64,000 nucleotides of DNA from an uncultured Verrucomicrobiae bacterium (GTDB taxonomy: Bacteria > Verrucomicrobiota > Verrucomicrobiia > Chthoniobacterales > JAFAMB01), in NCBI GenBank assembly GCA_963782115.1, contig CAWAIK010000003.1, forward strand, positions 288,001-352,000. Direction: 5' to 3'. Under the pieces are notes generated by a model. That model searched no databases. It was not told the origin of the DNA and saw nothing but the letters and a program-made list of their open reading frames with translations. Position 1 is the first letter of the stretch. The number at the start of each line of letters is the position of its first letter. Below are positions 31,972 to 40,777 of this stretch, one piece after another. Made by a program: the position numbers and the translations under genes.

Positions 31972-32940
31972 TCACCAGACCCGTCTGAGGGTCATCCGGA
32001 TAGTTTGGCTGTCCGGCTGGCCAGCGGGTTTGGCCACTACTCGCTCGTAGTTGAGGACCACATCAACTCCAGGCCGGATCGTCAGGCCCATGCCTGTGCC
32101 TAGCCGGAGCGTGTCAGCGGCGTCGCGCTGGCCGACATCATTAATGCTCGTCTCACCCCCGACGTTGTAGTAGGCATCCGCCGACAACCACAATGCTGGG
32201 GTAATATTGCGGCTCAGATGCCCATCGATCAGGAACAACGGTTTTTGGGAAAGCTTGGAGGCGTTGCCCACGCGATAATCGTGATTGGTCGTGAATGCCT
32301 TGGTCGACAGATAAGTTTCGAGCCATGTCCAACCGTGATCAGGCGTGTAGCTGTAGTTGATGGTTGGAGCGAACGTCCAGCGGTTCGAACTGGGATTAAG
32401 TATGTTCCCCGCATCATATTTTCCGAGCGGTGTGCCCAGGAAGAAATGAAAGCTCGCGAAGGTCTGGGGCACAAAGGATCGGAACTGTTCCTTTGTTAAC
32501 GCAGGCCCGCCGAATATATTTACCTGCCAAAGGAGGCCTATATCCGAAAGCCCTTGATTCGAGGCGCTGAAAGCATCGGAACTTGCCTCCAAGTAGCGAT
32601 AGGGAAGGATCACCGAGAACCCAGCAGTGCGGCCAAAGTAATCCATCGTCCGTGTAACGACGACCGACTGCGAAAGGACGTTGGAGCGAATGCTTGACGT
32701 CACGTCCAGGCCGTCTTCGGGCGTCACTGACGTGGAATAGGCAACATCGTAGAACGTGAGCCAGGTGTCGATCGGTGCGTTTAGGTAATCACGGGCTGAG
32801 CCGGCCAATCCCGTCCCAGGAGCCATCGTCAGGAGCGCGAGTCCGCAAAGAAATGCAGCCGCTTTGATGCACATCCTTTCGGAATTGCTTTCAAGGATAC
32901 TTGCGGCATTTACATTAAACAGGTTGCACATCTTCCCCAT
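31972..32940 (-). CDS. Outer-membrane beta-barrel transporter (MetA-pathway/SphA, COG4313-like); the start is probably further downstream
   Basis: Signal peptide, NIFGGPAL, PLGKYD...NPSSNRW, alternating beta strands, C-terminal Trp. Confidence 0.8.
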   Translation of the reverse strand: MGKMCNLFNVNAASILESNSERMCIKAAAFLCGLALLTMAPGTGLAGSARDYLNAPIDTWLTFYDVAYSTSVTPEDGLDVTSSIRSNVLSQSVVVTRTMDYFGRTAGFSVILPYRYLEASSDAFSASNQGLSDIGLLWQVNIFGGPALTKEQFRSFVPQTFASFHFFLGTPLGKYDAGNILNPSSNRWTFAPTINYSYTPDHGWTWLETYLSTKAFTTNHDYRVGNASKLSQKPLFLIDGHLSRNITPALWLSADAYYNVGGETSINDVGQRDAADTLRLGTGMGLTIRPGVDVVLNYERVVAKPAGQPDSQTIRMTLRRVW

Positions 32941-33104
32941 CCTTCCATCGGACGCTGTTTTATGTGTCTGTACGACCGCGGATTGGATGACCTAGAATAT
33001 CAAGCAGATAGATTGTGGGAACGATTTTTTCCAGCGGCTTTCATCGTAGGACGTCTGACGGCTCACCGAGACAATCCAACTCGCCCCACAAACGTCATAC
33101 TGGT

Positions 33105-33160
33105 GCTGGATGCTCGTCGCTCGCGCCTTGAAAAATAGCCAACTGATCCGGCGACTGCCG
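33105..33160 (+). repeat. Partial copy of a MITE-related repeat
   Basis: CGCTCGCGCCTTGAAAAATAGCCAACTGA matches 54069-54097, and its 3' part matches 29615-29638. Confidence 0.75.
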
Positions 33161-33228
33161 GACGACCTGCTCTCGGAGGAATACTGCTTCCGCCGATCGG
33201 AGCAAACCTCCTATTTGGGTTTAATGGG

Positions 33229-34308
33229 GTGGGTTTCCTCTTAGTCTTAGTCGCCGCCCTGCTGTGGAAGCGTGCGAGGCCCCAATCGCAGCTTCCGCTC
33301 GAAAGCTTTTTCGAGTCGTTTATAGGCGCGATTCGCTACGTGCAGTACACTCCGGGAATCAAGACTATCTTAACGCGAAGCGCGTTGTTTTCATTTTTCA
33401 TTTCGATCATTCCGGCATTGATGCCGGTGGTGGGTCTACAGGAGTTACATCTCGAGCCTGCAAACCTGGGATTTTTGTTCACCAGTATGGCGATCGGCTC
33501 AGTTATCAGTTCCATTTTTATCATTCCAGCGGCACGCTCCCGGTATTCGCCGCAACGGTTGACTACTTATGCCAATGCTTCGTTGATCGTGGTTTGTCTT
33601 TTGATGGCGACGATCCGATGGACGCACATGTTTTTAGTTGTGGCAGCGCTGGCCGGTGTTGCCTGGACCTTATCTTCCACCGAACTTTGGGTAGCAGGTC
33701 AACGTGCGATGCCAGACTGGGCGCGGGGCCGCATGAACGCGACGATCATCATGATCTCACAAGCAGCAACTGCACTTGGGAGCCTTGTCTGGGGAACGGC
33801 AGCTGCTACCACCGGAGTAGTGACCACGTTTCTGGCGACTGCCGGGCTCGCGATAGTCGCAATGATCATCACGCGCCTCCCCGCCTTTCGCCTATCGATC
33901 GACTTCACCACGGATCTGAATCTTGAACCCGCGCCGGCCACTATATTTTCAAATAATCCGAGTCGACTGCCTGAATCACCAGAAGGCCCGCTTTCGATTA
34001 CAACGGAATTCCGGGTCGATGCAGATCGCCGCCAGGAATTTTTCGATTTGGCTCGCCAAGTTCGACTGATTTACCTTCGGAACGGGCCGTACGGCTGGCA
34101 TTTGAAGGAGGATTTAGAGCGACCCAACAGCTTCCAAATAGAAATTATCGTTCCATCTTGGACACAAAATTTACGAAAACGCCAACGCATCACAAAAAAC
34201 GAAACAGAGATCATCGATAGACTTCACGGTCTGCACCTCGGTCCAAATCCGCCTAAGGAATGGACCTGCCTCCGTCTGGATAAGGAACTTCTCTCCAGCA
34301 ACCGGTGA
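33229..34308 (+). pseudogene. 5'-truncated MFS transporter (MFS_3 type with C-terminal soluble domain)
   Basis: Begins mid-protein with only about 7 TM segments; AGQRAMPDWARGRM; the N-terminal half is replaced by repeat DNA. Confidence 0.7.
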
Positions 34309-34416
34309 GGGGTTTTTGGCTTTCTCCGGATCAACGCGCCGGAATCTGCGAGGAAAAGAATCGTCCAGCGTGTTTATTCTTGTAGTTGTCGCTGGTCCCC
34401 TTTAAGAATCGATTTT

Positions 34417-34923
34417 ATGAATCGAAGAGAGGCTATTATGGCGGGCGCAGCCACTATTGCCGCGGCTGTCGTACTTCCACCCGCGGCGAGAGCGCAGACA
34501 GCTGTAACCGATGATAACCCTGATCTGGAGCCAATTCGGGCTCTGCTCGACGCACACGACGCGGCATTTACGAATCACGACATGGAGGGGGTAATGGCTA
34601 CCATGTCCCAGAAAGCGACAATCATGGGCTGCGGTCCCGAAGAAGTCTGGTCTGGTCCAGAGGAAATCAAAGCGGCCCACGAGCACCTATTCGAGAGGTT
34701 CGACGTTGGAGAACAAAATTTCGAATATGAGTTCAGCATTGGCGAAGTCTCGCCGGACACGGGTTGGATGATGACTTCCGGAAACGTTAATGGAAAAAAG
34801 GACGGAAAAGATTTTAACTTCCCTGTCAACATTTCGCTTTCCGTGAAGAAAGAGGGAGGGAAGTGGCTTATCGCCGCGATGCATTTTTCGACGCTGACCG
34901 ATGAAGTTCAAGATGAAGAGTAA
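34417..34923 (+). CDS. Tat-signal SnoaL/NTF2-like protein
   Basis: MNRREAIM...ARA signal; HDAAFTNHDMEG, WSGPEEIK, KWLIAAMHFS. Confidence 0.82.
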   Translation: MNRREAIMAGAATIAAAVVLPPAARAQTAVTDDNPDLEPIRALLDAHDAAFTNHDMEGVMATMSQKATIMGCGPEEVWSGPEEIKAAHEHLFERFDVGEQNFEYEFSIGEVSPDTGWMMTSGNVNGKKDGKDFNFPVNISLSVKKEGGKWLIAAMHFSTLTDEVQDEE

Positions 34924-34943
34924 GAGCCTGCCTTTTATTACTT

Positions 34944-35231
34944 ATGAATAGTCTACCATCTTCTGAAATAGGATCTGATAAAGAGCAGGAGTCATTGGAC
35001 AGGCGCTTATTTCTCCAGAGCATGGGGAAATGGTCTGGCGCCGCGATAGCAGCGCTGGGTTTTGGGGGTGCCTTGCTAGCCTCCGCACCGACGGTCGAAG
35101 CTGGAATTTGGATCAATCGATGGGGGCCTCGCCGCGGCGGATGGATCAACCGATGGAACGGTGGTCGCGGCAGGTGGATCAACCGATGGGGTGGTCGTCC
35201 TCGCAGAGGCCGGTGGATCAATCGGTGGTGA
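34944..35231 (+). CDS. Putative RiPP precursor: twin-arginine-type leader plus Gly/Arg-rich core with four WINRW repeats
   Basis: DRRLFLQ, hydrophobic region, VEA site, then WINRW at residues 56, 67, 78 and 91; two genes upstream of a radical SAM/SPASM gene on the same strand. Confidence 0.8.
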   Translation: MNSLPSSEIGSDKEQESLDRRLFLQSMGKWSGAAIAALGFGGALLASAPTVEAGIWINRWGPRRGGWINRWNGGRGRWINRWGGRPRRGRWINRW

Positions 35232-35253
35232 ATGATACTCTGGATCTATTGGC

Positions 35254-36096
35254 GTGTCTGAGGAAAAGCATCCATCTCTCAGGATCCTGCCATCTGCCTT
35301 GGCGGAGACACAAGGTGATGAACCCTTCGTTGCTGTGGTCCAAAGTGGGGAGGAACTTTGCCGATGGCTGCGCGATCCGCTCCCCGGCTTAAATTGGGTC
35401 CAGATCGAGGGCACCCTGGGCGACTCGGATTCCTGGATGGAGGCCGCGCACAGCGGTTCGGATGTTTCGCTCGACTTGATCCTCGCTGACCCGTCATCGG
35501 ATTTTCCGGACCTATACAAATTAGTGGACGTTTCCGCGGTTCACGACGTGCGGGTGACAATACAGGCTCAGCCGGGTTTGCTTAAGGCAGTTAAACTCGC
35601 TGCCGCGTTACGATTCCCGATTCGGATATTGCCTGGTCAACCGAAGGCGGACGCCCTGGCAGAGCTTAAAGAAGCTTTGGATTTCTATCTTCATGAACCG
35701 GCAGTCGAGGCACCGGTGGAGTTCTTTCACTCTTGGATCGCCAGCACCCGTGGCGCTGAGGTCGGCTCTTTGTGGATGATCCTTGAAGAAGATCCTGCTG
35801 CCTATCTCCAGTACGATATGAACGGACAGGCCAAGTTACCGCGCGCTGGCTCGCTCGGGTTGGTCGAAAACTCTCCCGCGGAATTCGTGGAGAATCATCT
35901 GAAGAGCCTTCTTGAACAGGGCGCTGAATGTGCGACCTGTCCCTGGCAAGAGTCATGTCGCGGTTATTTCAAATGGCCGGATCGCGCGTACTCTTGTGAA
36001 GGTATAAAAGATTTGTTTTCAGCCATTCAGGCGGCGGCGGACGAGATGGCTCGAGATTTGGCGAGTTGTGTCTTGCAAACCGCTCACCCTATCTGA
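35254..36096 (+). CDS. Hypothetical protein with a C-terminal SPASM-like Cys cluster
   Basis: CATCPWQESCRGYF...YSC (CxxCx5C); no N-terminal CxxxCxxC; tightly packed between precursor and rSAM genes. Confidence 0.7.
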   Translation: MSEEKHPSLRILPSALAETQGDEPFVAVVQSGEELCRWLRDPLPGLNWVQIEGTLGDSDSWMEAAHSGSDVSLDLILADPSSDFPDLYKLVDVSAVHDVRVTIQAQPGLLKAVKLAAALRFPIRILPGQPKADALAELKEALDFYLHEPAVEAPVEFFHSWIASTRGAEVGSLWMILEEDPAAYLQYDMNGQAKLPRAGSLGLVENSPAEFVENHLKSLLEQGAECATCPWQESCRGYFKWPDRAYSCEGIKDLFSAIQAAADEMARDLASCVLQTAHPI

Positions 36097-36105
36097 TCGG
36101 AGCGC

Positions 36106-37251
36106 ATGGTGAGTGGCCGAGTTTTCAGCGTTATCCTTCTTCCGACCTCGGAATGCAATGTGGCCTGCGACTATTGCTTTGAGCACAAGGAACCTCATCG
36201 TCTGTCGACAGCCCTGTTGCCCCTCTTGACCAAGCGCTTGTTGGACCACCTTGAAAACGAGCGCATCGAGGATTGCGAGATCTACTGGCAGGGCGGCGAG
36301 GCTATGATCATGGGTCCTGAGTGGTTCGCGCATGCCGGAGAGGTTATGGACTCTGCGGCCGAGAAGCGAGGGCTACGCTTTGCCCACTATCTGCAAACCA
36401 ATCTGATCAGTTACTCGCCCTCGTGGAACGACGTGATCCACGGCATGTTCAGTGGCTCGATTGGCACCTCCATGGACTATCCGAACGTGCACCGCAAACT
36501 GTTTAGGGGCGGGGCCGAAGCATACACCAAACTCTGGACCCAGAGGCTTTGCGAGGCGAAAGCCGCGGGGATTGAGATCGGGGTAATTGCGGTGCTCCAC
36601 CAGGCCAGTCTGGAAGCGGGACCGGAAGACTTCTACCGGTATTTCACAGAGGAACTCGGACTAAGCGATTTCCAGGTCAATACGCCGTTTCCCGGTGGTC
36701 CGGCGAAACAGCATGAAAAGGATTTTAGGCTCGATTTGAAGGAGTTGGCCAAGTTCCTGGTCGGTCTTTTCGATGTCTGGATAGCGCGAGGCTATAGGTC
36801 CGGTGTGTCGCTCGGTCCGTTTGATGGGTTGATTGATCATTTCACGGGCAAGCAGGCGCGCCTGCCCTGCATCTGGAAGGAGAACTGCTCTAATCAGTTT
36901 ATTTCGGTCGATTCGAAAGGAACGGTTGCCCAGTGTGACTGTTGGGTTACTAGCTATCCAGAGTATTTTTTCGGCAACGTTTTTCAAGAACCCGACCTCA
37001 CCCGGATGCTAAAAACCAGCCGTGCCCGTCGAGATTTCGTCGAACGACCGAAGCGTTTGGTTAGGGACGAGGACTGTCTTTCCTGCCGTTATCTCTCAAT
37101 CTGCCACGGTGGGTGCCCGGTGCGAACCTACAGCGCTCTAGGCACGATGATGGCCAAGGATCCTTATTGCGAGGTTTACAAAGCCGTCTTCGCTTGTGCC
37201 GAAGCCCATGGCCGGGACATTTTGAGCAGGCGCCGGGCCACCGCTGCATAA
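36106..37251 (+). CDS. Radical SAM/SPASM domain protein (putative peptide maturase)
   Basis: CNVACDYC, WQGGE, LQTNL, SMD; SPASM Cys set CIWKENC...QCDC...CLSCRYLSICHGGCP...YC. Confidence 0.93.
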   Translation: MVSGRVFSVILLPTSECNVACDYCFEHKEPHRLSTALLPLLTKRLLDHLENERIEDCEIYWQGGEAMIMGPEWFAHAGEVMDSAAEKRGLRFAHYLQTNLISYSPSWNDVIHGMFSGSIGTSMDYPNVHRKLFRGGAEAYTKLWTQRLCEAKAAGIEIGVIAVLHQASLEAGPEDFYRYFTEELGLSDFQVNTPFPGGPAKQHEKDFRLDLKELAKFLVGLFDVWIARGYRSGVSLGPFDGLIDHFTGKQARLPCIWKENCSNQFISVDSKGTVAQCDCWVTSYPEYFFGNVFQEPDLTRMLKTSRARRDFVERPKRLVRDEDCLSCRYLSICHGGCPVRTYSALGTMMAKDPYCEVYKAVFACAEAHGRDILSRRRATAA

Positions 37252-37294
37252 ACCATAAATTCGTTCAAGATCGAAATACTTGGAAAAATATCAC

Positions 37295-37786
37295 ATGAGT
37301 ACGCTGGTCGTGGTCGGATACGATGAACCCTATAAAGCGGACGAGATTCTTCTTAAGCTCCGCAAGCTCCAAAGAGACTACTTGCTGGATCTTGAAGACG
37401 CGGCAGTCGCCATCAAGGACCAGCAGGGCAAGGTTAAGTTGCATCAGACTGTTAACTTAACCGCAGCGGGCGCGATCAGCGGCGGCTTCTGGGGAGCGCT
37501 CATCGGTTTGATCTTTCTTAATCCTTTGCTAGGCTGGGCGGTGGGTGCGACGACGGGCGCGGTTTCCGGCGCGCTTACCGATGTCGGGATCAACGATGGT
37601 TTCATGAAAGAGTTAGCCGCCACGATGACTCCCGGCAGTTCAACCCTGTTTGTCCTGGTCACCAAAGCCACGCCGGACAAGGTGCTGGAAGAGCTGAAGG
37701 GGACAGGGGGTCGGGTTTTGAAGACCTCACTTTCGGACGAGGACGAAGCCAAAGTGCAGGCTGCTTTGAGTGCAGCAAAGTCGTAG
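37295..37786 (+). CDS. DUF1269 family membrane protein
   Basis: DLEDAAVA, GGFWGALIGLIFLNPLLG, LTDVGINDGFMK, PGSSTLFVL, GGRVLKTSLS. Confidence 0.9.
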   Translation: MSTLVVVGYDEPYKADEILLKLRKLQRDYLLDLEDAAVAIKDQQGKVKLHQTVNLTAAGAISGGFWGALIGLIFLNPLLGWAVGATTGAVSGALTDVGINDGFMKELAATMTPGSSTLFVLVTKATPDKVLEELKGTGGRVLKTSLSDEDEAKVQAALSAAKS

Positions 37787-38032
37787 AAACTTCTTCAAGC
37801 CAGAATCAAGCGGCAAACTCGGACCTTCCATTTAGCAACGGCTTGGCGAATCCACACAAGGCTTTCAAAGCAGCGCTCCACTCTGCGTGTATTGGTGAGA
37901 AAAGCGACTGTCTGTTGGCCGGGATCGTCGGTCAGGTCCATCTCCCGGCGAACAACCCAACGGGCGTCAGATCCTGTTGCATCTTCGCGATCACTATCGC
38001 ATCGGGTTGGTCCTAAACTTCAAAATGATCAT

Positions 38033-38170
38033 ATGTTCTGGGCAATCTTTGTCATTTTACTCGTACTCTGGGCGGTTGGATTGATCTGCCATATTGCCTT
38101 TAGTCATCTGCTTCTGGTAATTGCTTTGATCGTTTTAATTGTCAGGTTAGTCCGAGGCCGAACGCCGTAA
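38033..38170 (+). CDS. Small membrane protein (lmo0937/DUF5670-like)
   Basis: MFWAIFVILLVLWAVG...HLLLVIALIVLIVRLVRGR. Confidence 0.75.
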   Translation: MFWAIFVILLVLWAVGLICHIAFSHLLLVIALIVLIVRLVRGRTP

Positions 38171-38335
38171 GGTTGGGCCGTTTTGTCGCAGCAGTCATGG
38201 ATTTTAAGATTCCCAGAAAATGTCTGACCAAGTAAACTAGTGGTCGCTTGAGCTACTCTTCAAAACCAGGCGGGGAACGGGTCCGAGTTCAGGAGTCTCG
38301 CTTGGATATCCAACTGCCACGACCGTAGCGACCCT

Positions 38336-39583
38336 ATGCAAACCCAACAGTGTGCGGCACTGCCAACTTTGTTTGCACTCCTCCTGGGTTTCGGACTGAT
38401 GTAGATGGGCAATACGTTGCAGGGCACGCTCCTGAGCATCCGGGGCGGGATCGAGGGCTTCTCGCCGGCTCAAATTGGTGCGGTCGGCGCAGGTTTCTGG
38501 GTCGGTATCGTGGTTGGTTCGCTCCGCTGTGGGAAGCTGATCCAGAGTGTCGGCCACATTCGCGCCTTCGTGGCTCTTGGAGCAGTCGCGTCGACTGCAC
38601 CCCTCCTGCACCTGCTTTTGATCGATCCGATCGCGTGGGTAGTGGCTCGCGCCCTGACTGGGTTTTGCTTTGCCGGGCTGTTCATCGTCGTCGAGAGCTG
38701 GCTCAACGGCGTCGCGACGGACGAAACCCGGGGTCAGATCCTGAGCGTCTACGCCATGACAGGGCTGTTGGCCGGGATCGTCGGACAGCTCCTGCTCCCG
38801 GTGACTGACTCGACGGGCTTCAGACCCTTCTGCATTGTGGCAATCATTATCGCATTTGCCTTGGTGCCGATCGCTCTGACGCGTGCCGAGGCGCCAACCC
38901 ATATCGGCGCCAGCGCCCGGATCAGCCTGAGAGAACTGTACAGGCAATCGCCCCTCGGGCTCGTAGCCGCCTCCCTGTGCGGGGTGACCGCCAGCGCCTT
39001 CTTTACCCTTGGCCCGATCTTCGCACAACAACGGGGTCTTGACACCGGCGGAGTTGCGGCGTTCATGGCGAGCGGGACCCTGGGCGCGTTCCTTTTGGCT
39101 TGGCCGCTTGGCTGGCTCTCGGACCGCCTCGACCGGCGCCTGGTCGTCATCGGCGCGGCGGTCACGGCCGCATTGACCCTGGTCGCCATGATGGCACTCA
39201 TACCGAACGACGCGCCCCGCTTGATACTCTACCTTTGCGTCGCCCTTTTCGGCGGAACAATCGTTCCGACCTACAGCATCGTCATGGCCCATGTGAACGA
39301 CTCTGTCGGCAAGGGCGAGTTCGTAGCCGCCTCGGGCGGCCTGCTGATCATGCAGGGCGCCGGCGCAGCGGTGGGGCCGGTGATCGCGAGGCTTGCCATG
39401 TCGGCTTTCCAGCGCGGTCTGTCGTACACGCTCATCGTGACGCAAATCCTCATGGCCGTTTGGGGAGTGTATCGGCTAACACGCAGGGCCGCTCCACCCG
39501 AGACGCACCAGGGGCCGTTCGTGGTCGAGCCGTCTATCCCAGTTGGAACCGCGCTCGCTTCGGGACATTCGAGAGCTGACTAG
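38336..39583 (+). pseudogene. MFS transporter (YcaD-like) with an in-frame TAG at 38402-38404 followed immediately by ATG
   Basis: GNTLQGTLL, VGHIRAF, VESWLN, RGQILSVY, GWLSDRLDRR, AHVND; the first TM is interrupted by the amber codon. Confidence 0.7.
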
Positions 39584-39752
39584 TGCATCCGAATTTCTGG
39601 CCTGCTTGATTGAAGTTTGAAATCATCAGCGAGTTGAAGGTGGGTGTTGACATTGACCTATCAGCCTGAGATGAAGATGCCGAAGTAACTTTCAACAGCA
39701 CATTTCCCCCACTCCTAACGCTAAGAACGTGACTTAAAGGAAAGGAGAATAG

Positions 39753-40757
39753 ATGACGACGGCAGTAGCGATCGGCGAGTTAGGTATGTCCTGGTATGTG
39801 TCTACTGGTCGTTTGCCTCCCCCAGATCGGGTGACAAATTTAGTCGTCGAGGCGCACAACCGTTTCAAGTCCAACAGGGAAGGCGAGAACTCGACGGTCT
39901 ATCCGGCACTGGCGCGGGTGCCAAGCCATCTGTTCGGGGTGTGCCTGGTCGCTACCAGCGGCAACGTCTATGCGGTGGGGGCCGCAGAATACGAATTCGC
40001 GATCATGAGCGTCTCCAAGCCATTCGTGTTCGCGTTGGTCTGTCAGGAGCTGGGCGTGGAGGAGGTCCGTCAAAAAATTGGTGTCAATGCAACCGGGCTG
40101 GCGTTCAACTCCCTCGCCGGTATCGAACGGAACCCGGACGGCCGGACGAACCCGATGGTAAATTCGGGAGCGATCGCCACCACCAGCCTGATTCCGGGTG
40201 CCACCTTCGAAGCCAAATGGAAGTTCGTTCACGAAGGGTTGTCGCGGTTCGCCGGACGAACCCTGCCGCTTAACGAAGAAGTTTACATTTCTGCGTCCGA
40301 AACCAATTATCGCAATCAAAGCATTGCCCGTCTGCTGCAGAGTTACGGACGAATCTATATCGACCCAGCCCAGGCGGTGGATCTCTATACTAAGCAGTGT
40401 GCCTTGAATGTGAGCGCCAAGGATCTGGCAGTGATGGGAGCGACGCTGGCGGACGGCGGGGTAAATCCAATCACCAAGGAGCGGGTGATAGACGCCGCCG
40501 TATGCCATTACGCGTTGGCGGTCATGACCACTGCCGGCTTATACGAGACGTCTGGAGACTGGCTTTTCGACATTGGTCTTCCAGGCAAGAGCGGCATTGG
40601 CGGAGGGATCGTCACCGTCTCGCCGGGAAAAGGGGGACTAGGGACTTTTGCCCCGCCGCTCGACAACGCGGGCAACAGCGTCAAGGGCCAACTCGTGGCC
40701 AAATTCCTTTCTCAGCAGCTGGGAATGGATCTGTTCGTCTCGCAACCAGAGATTTAA
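39753..40757 (+). CDS. glsA: Glutaminase A
   Basis: MSVSKPF, NATGLAFNS, NPMVNSGAI, GLYETSG, LPGKSGIGGGI, GNSVKG; SD AAGGAG. Confidence 0.95.
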   Translation: MTTAVAIGELGMSWYVSTGRLPPPDRVTNLVVEAHNRFKSNREGENSTVYPALARVPSHLFGVCLVATSGNVYAVGAAEYEFAIMSVSKPFVFALVCQELGVEEVRQKIGVNATGLAFNSLAGIERNPDGRTNPMVNSGAIATTSLIPGATFEAKWKFVHEGLSRFAGRTLPLNEEVYISASETNYRNQSIARLLQSYGRIYIDPAQAVDLYTKQCALNVSAKDLAVMGATLADGGVNPITKERVIDAAVCHYALAVMTTAGLYETSGDWLFDIGLPGKSGIGGGIVTVSPGKGGLGTFAPPLDNAGNSVKGQLVAKFLSQQLGMDLFVSQPEI

Positions 40758-40777
40758 TTCGGAGGAGTGAAGCCTAA

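Noticed and set aside
35109..35228. Four ~15-bp DNA repeats (TGGATCAAYCGRTGG) with short spacers as a mini CRISPR array
   Set aside because: Repeats and spacers are too short, all in one frame, vary at synonymous positions, and no cas genes are present. They are the WINRW codons.
36106..37251. Calling the rSAM an anaerobic sulfatase maturase
   Set aside because: It shares the rSAM/SPASM layout, but no sulfatase is in the window and a repeat-core peptide lies in the same operon. This is not fully excluded without an HMM search.
38402..38404. Pyrrolysine or stop-codon reassignment
   Set aside because: There is no pyl machinery in the window, and TAG ends several normal genes here, for example at 15156 and 37786.
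38237..39445. 402-aa minus-strand ORF and similar long antisense ORFs over the GH15, RND and ISAs1 genes
   Set aside because: These are shadow frames of GC-rich genes on the opposite strand with no motifs of their own.
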